This document shows, in pieces, positions 36,529 through 49,727 of a DNA stretch of 64,000 nucleotides. Source of the DNA: Bugula neritina (taxonomy: Eukaryota; Animalia; Bryozoa); NCBI GenBank assembly GCA_964035545.1, contig OZ037771.1, positions 2,243,628-2,307,627 on the forward strand. Direction: 5' to 3'. Below the pieces are notes generated by a model. It made no database searches and was not told the DNA's origin. It was given only the letters and a program-made list of their open reading frames with translations. Position numbers and translations under genes: made by a program. The first letter of the stretch is position 1. Every line of letters begins with the position of its first letter.

Positions 36529-39500
36529 TTAAGTGATGGATGCTGACTGTGACGTAGCTGCTGCAGCTGGCACAAAGCCTGATGACACACCAGAGTCTGC
36601 GACACTTGTGACAGGGGAGTTCCCCGCTGACGAGTCATCTTTGCTGGCAGCAAGTTTAAGTTGGATTTTCTGAATCCAATTATTGTATTTTCTAGTCAAT
36701 TTATTAGCTTTTCGCTGGGCTGCCTCAGTCACTGGTATTGGATCATCAAACATACAGTCATCGTCATAAGAGAGCAAGCTCCGCCCACAATCGGTAGTTT
36801 CCGACTGTTTCCCACCGGTGTGCATCTGAAAAGTAAGAATACAGAATTACTTTCAAGATGGAATGACGGCAACCGGGCAAAGAAAGTGCGAGGAAAGAAG
36901 AAAGGTATTGTGGGTAATAACTTACGACGTCTGCGGATTTGTCAGGATCCATGTAGCCCCTGGAGTACATCAGGTTTGGGAGGGAGTCAAATGCCTGTCA
37001 AGTATACAAGTTTTGTTACATAATACCTAGACATCTTTTCTACACTAATACGGCAAATACTGGGCAAGGGTAACCCAAGCTTACTTCAGACTACATGTGA
37101 GTTGAGTGTGGTGTGGGTCAGAGTGGGATACAAGTGATTTTAGCTAGTAACAACTCTATTCATAATTATGAAATTTGTAGGATCAATTTATGTAAAAATT
37201 TTCATGATTAAAGCCTGGCACAGTGAGTTAGAATAATTTCACCTAGCAGCTGAAATATCCACACAATAAATAGTAAAACCAACAGCACAGCGTTTTGATA
37301 GTAAAACATAGAGTTGTCTTCTCTGCAAATACTTTTCATTAAGGTTAGTCTGAGTTTACTATCTTACCTACATTTTAAAAACACAGGACTTTCACATTAG
37401 AGTAATGCCTGCACAAAGCTGTTTAGGTCTTCATGCATGATTAGTAAGTAGTAGTTAGAATATTTAGTGGTTCAGTTTGTTTATTATTATTTCGAAGGAT
37501 AGTGACTAGAAAACTTGGCTTAATTTTCAAATTATACAGAGAAAACAGCCCATCAGCTTAATAAAGGTGATCAGTATCAGTTGCTAAATCAGTCAATCAA
37601 ACAGTTTGAAATATCAAACAAGTTTGATGCACACTCTATTTTTTGCAATGGAAAAAATCCCACTAAACTTTCGAGTCTACATACTCTGATATGTGGTTAT
37701 CTGTGCCAGACTTTAGTCACGACTACGTTAAGTTAAGTTATTGTTGAGGCCTGCTTAACCATCTAGAGGCATGATTTACCTTCCACACAGCTAGAGACTA
37801 CACTGGTACACACGAACATTGCTATGAGCTACTGTATACCACCATGCAACTCACTGTCAGCTGTCAATAGCAAGCAACCACCTGCTGACAACTGCCAACT
37901 ATTCCCTAACCTGTTGTTTCTGTTTAGCACCCTTCGCTGAAGAAGTACCCGGTTGTTGTGAATCCTTTGTAGCAGGTTTCTTTTTCTTGAGGTTTTTCTT
38001 CTTTTTCTTCCGTCCACCTGGGTGGGGTTTGAAAATACTGTTCTTTGCTATTTCCTTCACCTGCGCCGCGGTCATCTAGCCAAGAGGAAAGTAGTTCATG
38101 GACAGGATGCAAGAAAAATATCAACCAATGAGAGAGAAGTAAAGACAAGCAGAAGACAGGAAATCTTCACAGATATTGAGAACATATAAACATCTACTCA
38201 CCTTAGGAGGCATCAAAGAACTTGGTAGTTTGGGTGGACAAGTAACTTTGATAATATCCAGAGGCATAGCAGAGTGAGATGATGTCACAGTAGTTTCTGA
38301 TGATGTCATACCGACTTTTGGTGAGGTCACATCAGTTGATTTTTTTGTTATAACAGATGGACACTCGGAAACAGGCTAGAACATAATGAATCAGCATTCA
38401 TTGCACCAGTTTTATAAAATCAATATACAATTGGAACAAATAGAAATAGTTAGTTAATCTGTGCACACATCACTAGAAAGCTTGCAACATGTATGCATCG
38501 GATACATTAATTTCATAGGATAGGAGAGAATTGGGTGCAAAAAACTCATTGTGTTAAGTTGAATGAAATTTCTTGTGAAAACTCTAGCATTCTTAGCTTG
38601 AGTAATACTGTTTACAGAGTAAAACCATTACATCGGTTAAAAAAATAACCACTGATGACCAATAAAAAAGCAAAATGGAATATCATACCGGTGTTTTAGA
38701 GTCTTTAATATCATTAACAATGAAACTTCCAGGGTTAAACAGTGGTGGTAAGTTCAATAACGAAAACATCCACTGCAATGAATCTTCCGATCTATAAAAC
38801 AAATATAAATTAAACAACTGACAATAGAGCACTAATAGCAGCTGATATTCTTAGTTTCATCTCTCAGCTAAGATAGGAGATACTCTACTGGGCTACTTTG
38901 TATTGAAAAATTTGCAATTTCAACTGATTTCTACTCATGATTACTCTAACAGTCGAGCAATTAAAGTTGACTCACGGAACAGGTTTAAAGTCTAAGGACA
39001 GCTTTTCTTCACTAGTTGATTGACTTGAGGGGGCATCAGCAGGTGTAGTGTTTATATTGGAGGGGGCATCTACAAGTGTGGTGGTGTGGACACTTGAGGG
39101 GGCATCAACAGGTGTAGTGATGTGTACACTCGAGGGGGCATTTACAGGTGCGCTGACTACATTTGAGGGGGCATCTACAGGTGTGGTGTGTACAATTGAG
39201 ATGGCATCTACAGGTGTGGTGTGTACAATTGAGGGGGCATCTACATGTGTGGTGTGTACAATTGAGGGGGCATTTACAGGTGTAGTGGTGTGCACAATTG
39301 AGGGAGCATTTACAGGTGTAGTGGTGTGCACAATTGAGGGGGCATCTGCAGTCACACCCGCTGACCTTGACAAAACCTCTGTGTCCGCTGACTTTACTGA
39401 ACTGGAACTTTCACCAGGCCGATCTGTACCAGTGACGGTGTTATCTACGATTTTTATTCGGTGCTTTTTAGGCACACCACCAGAGTTTGGACTGCTTAGA

Positions 39501-42500
39501 CTTCTCTTCCGTAACCTAACCGACCTGCGTAAGACGGGTTCTGTCTGTTTGTCTGCCGGTTGCGTCACCAGAGACTGGCTGTTGTTCACACTAGTATCAG
39601 TCTTAGAATGTTCCTCCTGGGAATCGCTTAAAGTAGCACGAGTTGCAGTCACAGTCTGAGTACTATCTGTAGATGGAGAGAGATAATCTGTAGCTGTCTG
39701 AGTTTTATCTGTAGATAAATTGTTGCTACTGATAACAGATTCCACTGTGGACTCATCTGCCTGACTGTCATTACAGAGTTTATCAACAGCTGCTGTAGTT
39801 GGAGATAAGTTGGTTTGGCTGAGGTGAGCTGGTGGTGCAGAGCTTGCGGAAGACGCAGACGGCACGAGAGGTAAATAATAAGACGGCAGTGACGGGAAAA
39901 AGGAGTTACCTGTAGAAACAACAAAATTCAAAGGAATAATTAGGCAACAGTGTCCAACCAGTGAAATTCATCATCAGCTTGACACAAAATTCAAGCTATC
40001 AGAAAATCTGCTGCAAAGATACACAAAGGGACTGCAATTTACGTTGAAACATTTCAGCTACATCTATTAAGACCACAACAATATACAAAAGCTGATACAT
40101 TATCTTCTCGTACCTGAAGGTTGCTGGTCACCTTGGCAGAGCGCAGTGTGCTGTAAAACATCTGCATGACTGGCCACTGTCACAGTGCTATCAAACTCCA
40201 TGCCCAGGCCTGGTGATGTGGGTATCACAGTTGGTTCTTCGTGGATGAAGAGTTTAGTTGGGGAACCAAACTCCACAGAGTTAGTGGGAGATGCAGGAGG
40301 TTCAGGAGATGCAGGAGGTTCCGGAGATGCGGGTGCATCAGAAGATGCCATAGAAAGTGGCGGAGGAGTATTTTTCACATCTGATAAAAGAAATTTTGAC
40401 TTGCCTGTAGCATCCTAACAAAGCGTTGTAAACAAGACAAGGAAAGCATGGATTGCATAAGACGATGAATTTATAAAAAAACAAGGTGGTTGAATGTTGA
40501 CTTTAGTAAACATTGTTAAAGCAGAGTTCCTGAAGTAACAGACAAACCTGCAGGTAGAGGTTCAGGTTGACATATCAACACTGTTTGTTCCTCAGGAGAT
40601 GAGATTCCTTCACCATCACCTTCAGTCAACAGCTGGCCACCACTGTCTGTCCTACTGACCTCCATCCCAGAAGTATTTCCCGCTGCCGTATCCGAAGATG
40701 AGAGAAACTCTTCTTTTGAACTACCAACACTCGTAGTGACTGGTAGAGTGTCATGTGCTGCACGAGATCTCCCCTCTTCCTTCACTAGCAGCTGATCTAC
40801 ACTCAAATCGGTTTGCTCAGACTGAGGTATACTAGTAGGAAACTCATCATCGCTATTTTGACGCTTGAGTTTCTTCGAGCTACGACCCAGTGAGTGATTC
40901 TCCCCACAATCCCTTGCAACTTCAGAATATTCAGCTCCAGCAACACTTGGCACGGGATGCTGGGAGCTGAAGGGAATATACGGTTGGTCTCCATCTGCTA
41001 CATTAGTGTTATCAGTTCCAATAAGCGCAACGGACTTGACCATCTTTCTAGTTGATCTTCTGGGCTTTGTCTGTTTGGTGTCAACAAGATTCTGTAAACC
41101 AGCTTTAGCTGTACAACTCTCTTTAGAGTTTCCAACTTGAGACTCTATTGAACTATCAGAGCTGATAGCGGTTTTGAGGCTCTGAGAAACCTGTTTGACT
41201 GGATCCTGACTAGCCAATTGGGTGGAATCCTGTCCATCAACACATCTAGCAAGACGAGCAGATTTTCTCTTCACTTGTTTGAATTGTTTTTCAGTCTTGC
41301 CTTGAGAATTTATCATCTTTTCTTTGCAAGTTTGTATCGAATGGGATTCTGTAACAACTTGTGATGCATTGTCTGATATAACCTCCGTGACTTCTTGATC
41401 ACAGACTGCTTGATTATCTAATATCTTCCTTTTAGTAATTACTTTCTGTTCACCGTGCTGATTTGATGACTTGCTAGAGTCATCAGAGGTCACGACACCT
41501 GTAACTTCGGAGTTTACTATCGGTTCTGATGAGCTAGATTGATTTTCTGCATCAATAACTTTGAGTGCAGCAGTTTTACCTTCAGCAATATGCGCTAACG
41601 CTAAAAGATTGCTTGAATTATCTGCTATTGCGTGTGGAATAATAGAACTGTTCGAATTATTCTGTTCCTTAGGAGGTAACTTAGTTGCAGTATTTGAATG
41701 TAATGATGTTTGAACATTACTTTGTTGGACTGTAGAAACAGTGATGTCCGATTTGTTCACATCAGAGCAACGGCGGGAATTTACAACTGTGGAAGGAGAA
41801 TGGTCAGTTACAGGTGTGACAGGTGTTGAGCTAGTAGTTGCGGATAATTCTGTTGAAGAACTGAGACTTCCTTTTGTTTCTGAGTTAACAGCAACAGCAA
41901 CAGCAAGACTTTGCGTCTGTGAGGGTCTGGATTTATCCCCAATTTCATTGGTTACTCTGAAAAACCACATAAAGAAAAATGCTATGTTACAACATATTAT
42001 CAAAGACTACCCATTGCAAAAGTTGACAACTAAAAGTAATAATATAAGGTATGTATGAAAAATCAAAACTTATTCGCTTTGGTTTTATTACCACAATAAA
42101 TTTTTAGAGCTATAAAAATTCTGCATAAAACATGTTTACATAAAAATGGAAATATATGATTATATTTACAGGACATATTTTCTAAATTTAATCATAAGAA
42201 AGCCATGACACGAACCTGCTGACGTTACTAGTTCGTCTTCTAAGAGCAGCCTCCCAGCCATGTGAAGCCTGGTTCTCGGCTACAGCTTTCTGTTCCTTCT
42301 CCCGTAGTAACTTGTTCAAGACCGTGATTGGCACGCGAGCATGTGTGGAGCCCTTATTCCCTGGTGCCAGCCCAGCTTTCTTTGGGGATGACTTAGTAGC
42401 TGAGTCGCAATTCTTATCAGCACTAGCGTTTGGTGCTGTATCTACTGACGACGTAGTAGGGCGTTCAGGTAACTTAATCGATGTCTGTTTATCTTTACTG

Positions 42501-45500
42501 GAGGCCACTGTATTGCTGCTGTTAAATATATTTTCAGTTGTCTTCTCACAAGTTGAATCAATTACCGCTACTGGGTTTAGCAATTGCTTGCTTTCAGTAG
42601 CTCTTTCAAAACTGCTATCTTCAACTTTTAAGTTAGCCAAAGTGCTCTTAGTTGGAGTGTACTTTTCAAGTATATTGGATGACGCAGAACACAACTTATT
42701 TGAAATGTCTTTTGCTTCAACAAGGGAGTTGCCATCACCCAACTGATGCTGTGAATCAGTCTGATTAGTGCAAGTAGATGTTGGAGAGGGTCCAGCAAGT
42801 GACATATCTGCATTATTAGAGCTAGCCACTAATGACTCTACTTTATATTCACTACTTTCAGTGGAAATATTAGAGGTGATTGACTTAGACTGAAACTGAT
42901 TATTGTCAACAGACAATACAGGGTGGGAGTCAGTTTGATTATTTGACACCTCTACTTCACTAAGTTGACTAGAGTGAGTAGTATCATCTGGTTTACACTG
43001 CAAATCTACAGTTGAGGTTTCATTAGCAGTATTTACAATTTTGTCACTGACAGGAGCTGTGGGAGACTGAATAGCGTTTCTGTGACAATCACTTTTCAGT
43101 GTTTGACTACTGTTGATGTTTGACATGGTGTCTTGGTGTTTACCAGTAGTAGAACAGGAAGTTGACAAGACACCAGAACTAAGGGCAGGATTGTCACCAC
43201 CAACATGTTGAACAGAACTCGCACCCAAACTGGCTGTTGGAGCATTTTCACTTGTTTTAGCTACTTTGTTTTCCATTTTTATTTCACATTGTTGTGTGGT
43301 AGTGGCTGCTGGAATTCTAGACACACGCCGTTTGCCATGAGTTGATGAGTTATCATGAGTAGTGACCAATCCGGCAGCAACATCACATTTCTGGTCCCCG
43401 TCTTCGCTGCTATTTTCAGACAACTCCATTTCAGCCTCACTATTATTTTGCGAACTTCTCATAGGATACGATCTCGATATCAAGTCCAAGTTGGGCAGCA
43501 AAGGGGCGGCTCGTTTTGCTTTTACCGGCCTCAATTTACCCGACAAAACTTTCATGGCTACTTTGCTACTTTTTTTAGTGACACCAAAACCTTCGTCAAC
43601 CTTCACTTGCTCAGAACTTGAGGAAATCCCAAAAGATGTCCCCGATTGAGCGTCTGGTGCTACAGGTCTATTCAAAACTGACTCAGCACTCAAGACATGA
43701 CTGTCTTCTTGCACAGTTGCACTTGACTTTTGCTCACTTGAACCTTTCAAACTCTCTTCAGTTTCTTCGGCCTCATCACTTGAAGAGAAGGCCAACGTAT
43801 CTTTTAAAGTAGACTTAGATATCTCATCATGCACATCCTTCAAACATAAAAGAAGCAAAAAAATGCTACAATGAAATATGAAGCAAAATGACATTCAGCT
43901 CGATAGCATGTGAGTTCAGCAGAGCTGTCGCATTATATTGAGAAGTGAAGTGTTTAGCTTTACCTCTCGGCTTACACAGTCTCCATCGTTAGGCATACAT
44001 ATTGAGGGTGTGGTAGAAGGGGTCACCGAGGCCGAATCTTTAGAAAATGATCTCAGTCTACGTTTTATAGGAGGGGAGGGAGCATGCTCATTTGACAAAG
44101 TGTCTACAATTGAAAGTTACTAAAATGAGCAAACTAATACAAGAGAGAACTGCAATTGACGATTATATACCAAGTATACACAGCTAGCTAAAACATACGA
44201 CTATTTTCCATTAGCTAACACACATCTAAATGATTACCTATTTTACTTGGATTCCAGTTCTTCAGTGGTGAAACAACAATTTCCCTTGTATATCGAGTCA
44301 TTTCAGATAATATTTCTTCAACTGATTCTGGAGAAAATAAGACCAGAATAAAACTTGTTAGTTTGTGAGAATGCATATTCAAATTGAGTTGCCAAAAGAG
44401 ATAACAGGATACAGTAAGATAAAAGTAGCAACAAAACAGTTACAAACTCAAAGTTTGCTACCATTAAGCTACACAGTACTGGTTTGTTATTTCAAGAGCA
44501 GATTACTCTTATATCAAAACATTAGATTTCCTAGGGAATCCCATTTGCATATTCTGACTATCTCTACCTACCATCATCATCAGAGGAGTCTGAGAGCCTG
44601 CCAACAGCACTGTTGTCAAACAGCTTAGTCTCCATTACTTCATGCTTCACTAAAGTGTCCCTCTGTGGAGCAGACAACTCCAAAGAAGAAATACCACTGG
44701 AAGGAATGTGTGATGAAGGTGTTTCAGCAGCATGTCTGCACTTCGTAGACTCTGCACTAGCTCTCTGAGGTTGTGTCTCAGTATCAGTATCACCGCAGCT
44801 GACATCCCCTTCGCTGCCAGACCAAACTAAATCACTGATTTCATTCGACACGCTGACCTGAGAATGAACAGGTTTCGCTCCGGCAGCTTCCGGTAACTTT
44901 TCTGCAAGCAACTTTTTTCTGCCAATTCGATGAGCTGTCAGTAGGTTTGAAGTAGATGTGTCAACTGTGCTGTGCAAAGCAGACAATTTGCGTTGATAGT
45001 CCTGATTTTGAGTCTAAAAGAGATGATGATGCAAGATTATCAGAGCAGCACCTACTATCAATTATTCACATAAGTAGGACACCAGTTCGTACTGACGGCT
45101 TTCCATAAAAATGAGCTGCAACTTTAATGAAAATCTATATTCGCTAAGAGTTTTATTTGCTATAATTATGTGACAATTACATAATTCACAAGTTAGGAAG
45201 TAGTTTACACGTGAGCGATTTTAGGATGTGTGCTATGATAATAACATACTTTGAAAACTTTGACATCCTGTTTTAGAGACTTTATTTCTTCCCTCAGAGA
45301 AAATATTTCTTGCTCTGCAATGTAGAACATGAATAAAGTTTAATAGGTCTGTAGCTAGTGGCCTAATATATAAAATAGATGCAACAACCATGTTTAGGTA
45401 TATTACACACACTTACTAGAAATGTCAATACAGCGTCATCTTATATGCATTGTCTAACATTTCATGCTTACATACTTCATGCAAACTACATTTTACACAA

Positions 45501-48500
45501 ACCACCAAAATAACTGAAAAGAAATGAGAATAAATAGTTATTGAACAAACGTACCTGACTTTAACTGCTGATCTCTAGTAAAAACCTTTCGATCAGCATC
45601 TTTGGCCGGCTTCCCTTTTTGCAACCTTCAAAGACATAACGCTCTAAAGTGGTGTCCAAAAATTAATGCACAGAAACTACAACTAAAGCATCTATTAGCA
45701 AGTATAGCATTTAAATACAGCCCAAGCATGCTGCTTAATCCACAGCGGCATTAGACACCAGACTACTATAAATATAACTAACACTCAACAACACTACAAT
45801 GTACAGCAGGAAATTTATGCTATTTGAAATCTATTTAAAAAAAATTTAGTATTTCAAAGATTATCTCTTTTCAAATTTGTCATAATTATATTAATGTTGA
45901 TTATGGTAGCACTACCTGCTTTGATCAAATTGTAAGATTATAATAGTAAATATTTATATTAGTAATAAATGTGAGCACATAATATAACGTGGTATTATTA
46001 ACTGCAAATGGACTGTAAAGTGGGTAACAAAGTAACACTAACTCTTTTATTTTAGCATTCAAAAATTGAATTTCTTCTTTCTGTAATTCAGCCTCTTTCT
46101 GAAACTTATCATGGCTTAGGGAAAGTTGTCTGTTTGTGGCCTATAAACAATACACAGTAGGTTATCCATACACACTGTACTTCTACAAGCATGTTTGCGT
46201 AACAAAACAAGTCGTTTAAGTTATCTTTAGATACTCCACATGTCAAAACTATATGCCGTAATGTAAAATTAAAATAGCACACAATCAAACAAAGTACTGA
46301 AAGTGACATTTCCGTTGACTGGAACATTTCATTATGCCTTAAAATGTCACACCAGCTAATAGGTTGCGGAGGCTACGCCTTAATCTACCCCCCCCCTCTC
46401 CATGGGCTTTCTTTAACAATGAGCATTGCTAAGAAACATGATGAGCTTGCAATAGGGCACTGAGTTACACGCATGAACACAAAAATAGCTAACAGAAAAG
46501 AAACCATGTTGGCCCAGAGTCAGCTGGAATATTGATTAGATTTCATAGACAAATAAGTTTACAAGAACCAGACTAAAAATTTATTATTACATATTAGAAT
46601 CACCATTGAAAGACCAAGCTGCGAACTCGTAATAAAACAAAACGGCTACCTCCAGGGTAAAACTGACTGAATTCATCAGAGTTTACCTTTAAGGTGATCA
46701 GCTTGCTGTATGACTCAAAGCTCAGTTGGGCTCTTATGAGTATTTTAATATGATTCTTACAGAAAAATCTTTAATATAAACAAATAAAGTTAAATCTGAA
46801 TGCTAGTTGTGTCTTGTGCTATAGACGTGAGTTGCGTACCTCTAGAGAAACTATTCTGTCTTGACTGTTGTTCAGGTCAGAGGTTAGCTGCTGACATCTG
46901 TTTTCCAAAGCTTTCTTAGAAGTAGAGAGTTGTTCTACCTTGGTCTTAGTTAACTGCAGTTGTCTCTCCAATGCAGCTAGCTCTCTACACAGATGTATAC
47001 GCAGGCAATAATTAAAACACAAATACACAAAATTAGTTGTAATAATACATAAAATGCAATACAATCAAAACTGCAAAATTATAGGCTTACTTCGATTAAA
47101 AAAAGGTGAAAACATTTTGAATAAAATAAATTCTACTTGCGAGCTTTTACTTCTTATTTTACTTTTATTTTACGGTGAGACATAAATAATTTCCTCCAAC
47201 TGCAAAATGTATACAACTACAAACACATAAAATTGAGCAAGATCGCTAACCCATCTTTATTCTTTATCCTGCCAACTGCACCATTTAGCTTATTCTGACA
47301 TGTTGAAAGCTCAGTAGTCTGCTGCTTGTATCGGCCAATCAGCAAGCTGAAACAAATTAATGATGAAAATTCCATAACGAAGAGCTAATCCATATGCAGG
47401 TAAATACAATTTTCCATCACTAGTAACACTACTAGCTACATTACCTGTGAAGTTAATTGGTAACCACAACACTTAATCTAAATTCAGTTAACTTTGTGAT
47501 AGCATACTACGCTAAGAAACCAGGTCATGAAAACTCACAATGTATAGCAAACTTATTCACTATTACAGAATCAAAAATTTGACCTACTCTGTTGAAATGA
47601 TTTTCTTCTTTAGCTGAAGAAATCGGGCGGTATTTTCTTCTTTGAAAGATACAAACCTCTAAAATAACAAAATCAAACATTAGAGTAGACTGCCACTCAT
47701 AATATGAATACAATTCAATTCGTAAAGTACATGGTTTTAAGAAAAGTCCAAAACAGCTTCCATCTAAAATCATTTATCAATTACAATATCTGATTGGTTT
47801 TGGATTAAACTATATGTAAGTGGAAGGTTATGGGAAATTTTCTCCACCAGTTATTATTAAATTATTCACTAAATGTAATGTATCTTTCAAATTGGGAGAT
47901 TAGCATTGTTATTATGCCTGTGGTACATGACAAAAAGTTATCAATAATGATTACTTACTATAACAAATGGTATTTTAATGTTAATTCAACTGCTTAATAC
48001 ATTAACACGCCTGTGTTAAATATCCAGTCAATAATCAGTTGTTTTAAATTTAGTTAAAGTAACATTTACTTAAACTTGTTTATTAGATTGCATTTACTGT
48101 TACATTTAGTTATAATAAACCAATACTGATTTAGTTTTATCTGAGCCAGTATGAGTATCAGTATGAGTATTAGAAAGATATTAAGATTTACTTTTAGTAT
48201 CATCAGTATGACTTTAGCTTTAGCTTAGGTATTGTTACACGGAAATGATTAATTACTATTGCATAAATATAAACCTTTAAATGCTGAAATAAGTTTTTAT
48301 TTTGCTTTAATTTCTGAATTTGTGGTTTAAACTTTAATAAATGTTATTTTTACTAAAAAAATTTAGAGTCATTATGATTATAATTATTACTGTTTTGATT
48401 TATATTCAATAACTATTACCTAACAAGTTTAGGCAATAGATATAAATCAGCATCATACCTGTCGCAGAGCTGTGCATTCGGAGCAATGCAGAGCATCTGA

Positions 48501-48506
48501 AGACAT
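36529..48506 (-). CDS. ICE1: ICE1-like protein (little elongation complex subunit 1): N-terminal coiled coil plus long Ser/Thr-rich disordered region; about 20 exons, roughly 2,100-2,200 aa
   Basis: Exons 48506-48459, 47658-47588, 47346-47251 give MSSDALHCSECTALRQRFVSFKEENTARFLQLKKKIISTDLLIGRYKQQ. This resembles the ICE1 N-terminus as I recall it (CxxCxxLxQ...LxxLKxKIIxTDxL). Coiled-coil exons follow (about 46985-45250), then large S/T-rich exons (about 45012-44572, 43838-42215, 41957-40530, 40415-40113, 39909-38976), and a last exon 36825-36529. Several internal exons are approximate. Confidence 0.72.
39025..39350 (-). repeat. Coding minisatellite (30-33 bp unit, about 10 copies) encoding (D/N)APS(I/S)VHTT(T)PV
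   Basis: Repeats of gagggggcatctacaggtgtggtgtgtacaatt within the 38972-39931 ORF. Confidence 0.9.
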
Positions 48507-49520
48507 TTGTTCTGCTACACAGTTTGGCAAATAAACCACAAAATTTAAATCAACATGCTGAAAGCTTCAAACCATGAACCTGGTTTAAGCATTTACTAGG
48601 CATGAATGTAACAAAGGCGCAAATCGATTGCGCGCAGGAATAATATTTATACTTTTGCGGCTAAAAAGTAATATTACCTGCTGTATTATACTTGGTGTAC
48701 ATGAAAGTCGATTGTGACAGTTTGTAAAGGGTTGTCTCCTGCTGTATTTACCTTTCCTCAGAAATATCTCACTAGTAGTAGTACTACTAGTAGCACGCTA
48801 CTAGTTATACTTATAGTATTAGTAGACATAGACCATGTTAGGAATACTGATGGACTATTTCCACAGTGATAGTCATAGTATAAGTATTATCTTAACTAAG
48901 ATTTTCATCGATAAATTTAAACACGGACTGAGTCACTGCCAGACTCAGACTGAGACTACAACTTGAACTACAAGTACAAGTGCGTGCTGATGCTGCACTC
49001 GGTCTGAAACTCAAACTGACAGTGACTGCTAGTGCTTAGACTGAAATTTCAAGCATTTCTCTTCAAGTGGCAATTAACCAGTTATCTATTAAGCTTTCAC
49101 TTGAAGTTAAGGATAGAAAATGCTAAAATCAACATGCCAACATTCATTTTCGATATGTACTATAACTAAAACTATGACTGAGTATCAGTATGAGTATGTA
49201 GACACTCACACTAGCAGCTTGTCATTTTGATTTTATAATAATTATTTTATTTTGTTAATAGTCGTAATTGTTGTTGAACGCAGTTCTACTATTAGTTGTA
49301 GAGTTGCGCTTAGCCGTACTACTAGTACTAAATTTAATAGTAGTTCAGTGTTCACTAGTTGTAGCTAGCTAACTCTGATTTACACCTAGTCTTTTAGTTT
49401 TATGGTTGCTCTTTCAGAGTCAATGATATTCAGTTTTACATCGTGATCGACTAGTTTAATATTAAGACTAGTGACATTGACTTAGACGTAAAGTCTACAG
49501 TCAGTACAGTGCTAGTATAG
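48100..49520. promoter_or_regulatory. Divergent ICE1-like/cyclin C promoter region with 6-bp-periodic AGT/ACT tracts
   Basis: The start codons at 48506(-) and 49728(+) are about 1.2 kb apart. Tracts such as agtatgagtatcagtatgagtatt (about 48148) and actagtagtagtactactagtagcacgctactagt (about 48771). Confidence 0.5.
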
Positions 49521-49727
49521 GTACTAGTCAATATAATTGTTTGCTATGAACTGTTTAATGCACCATCAATATCACACGGTTACTTCTCAAATAACAACTG
49601 AAATTTCTTTATTTTGTGCAACCTAGATACTCTTTTCTTGTGACCCATGCCAGTACCTGTACCCACAGCCCACTGTTCTTACCTTGACGCTGGAGGCTAC
49701 TATAAGTTCAACCTATGTTAGAGTGTC

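Noticed and set aside
39048-43812. Long plus-strand ORFs opposite the ICE1-like exons (e.g. 203 aa at 39048)
   Set aside because: Antisense to Ser/Thr-rich exons and the coding minisatellite, which lack stops on the opposite strand.
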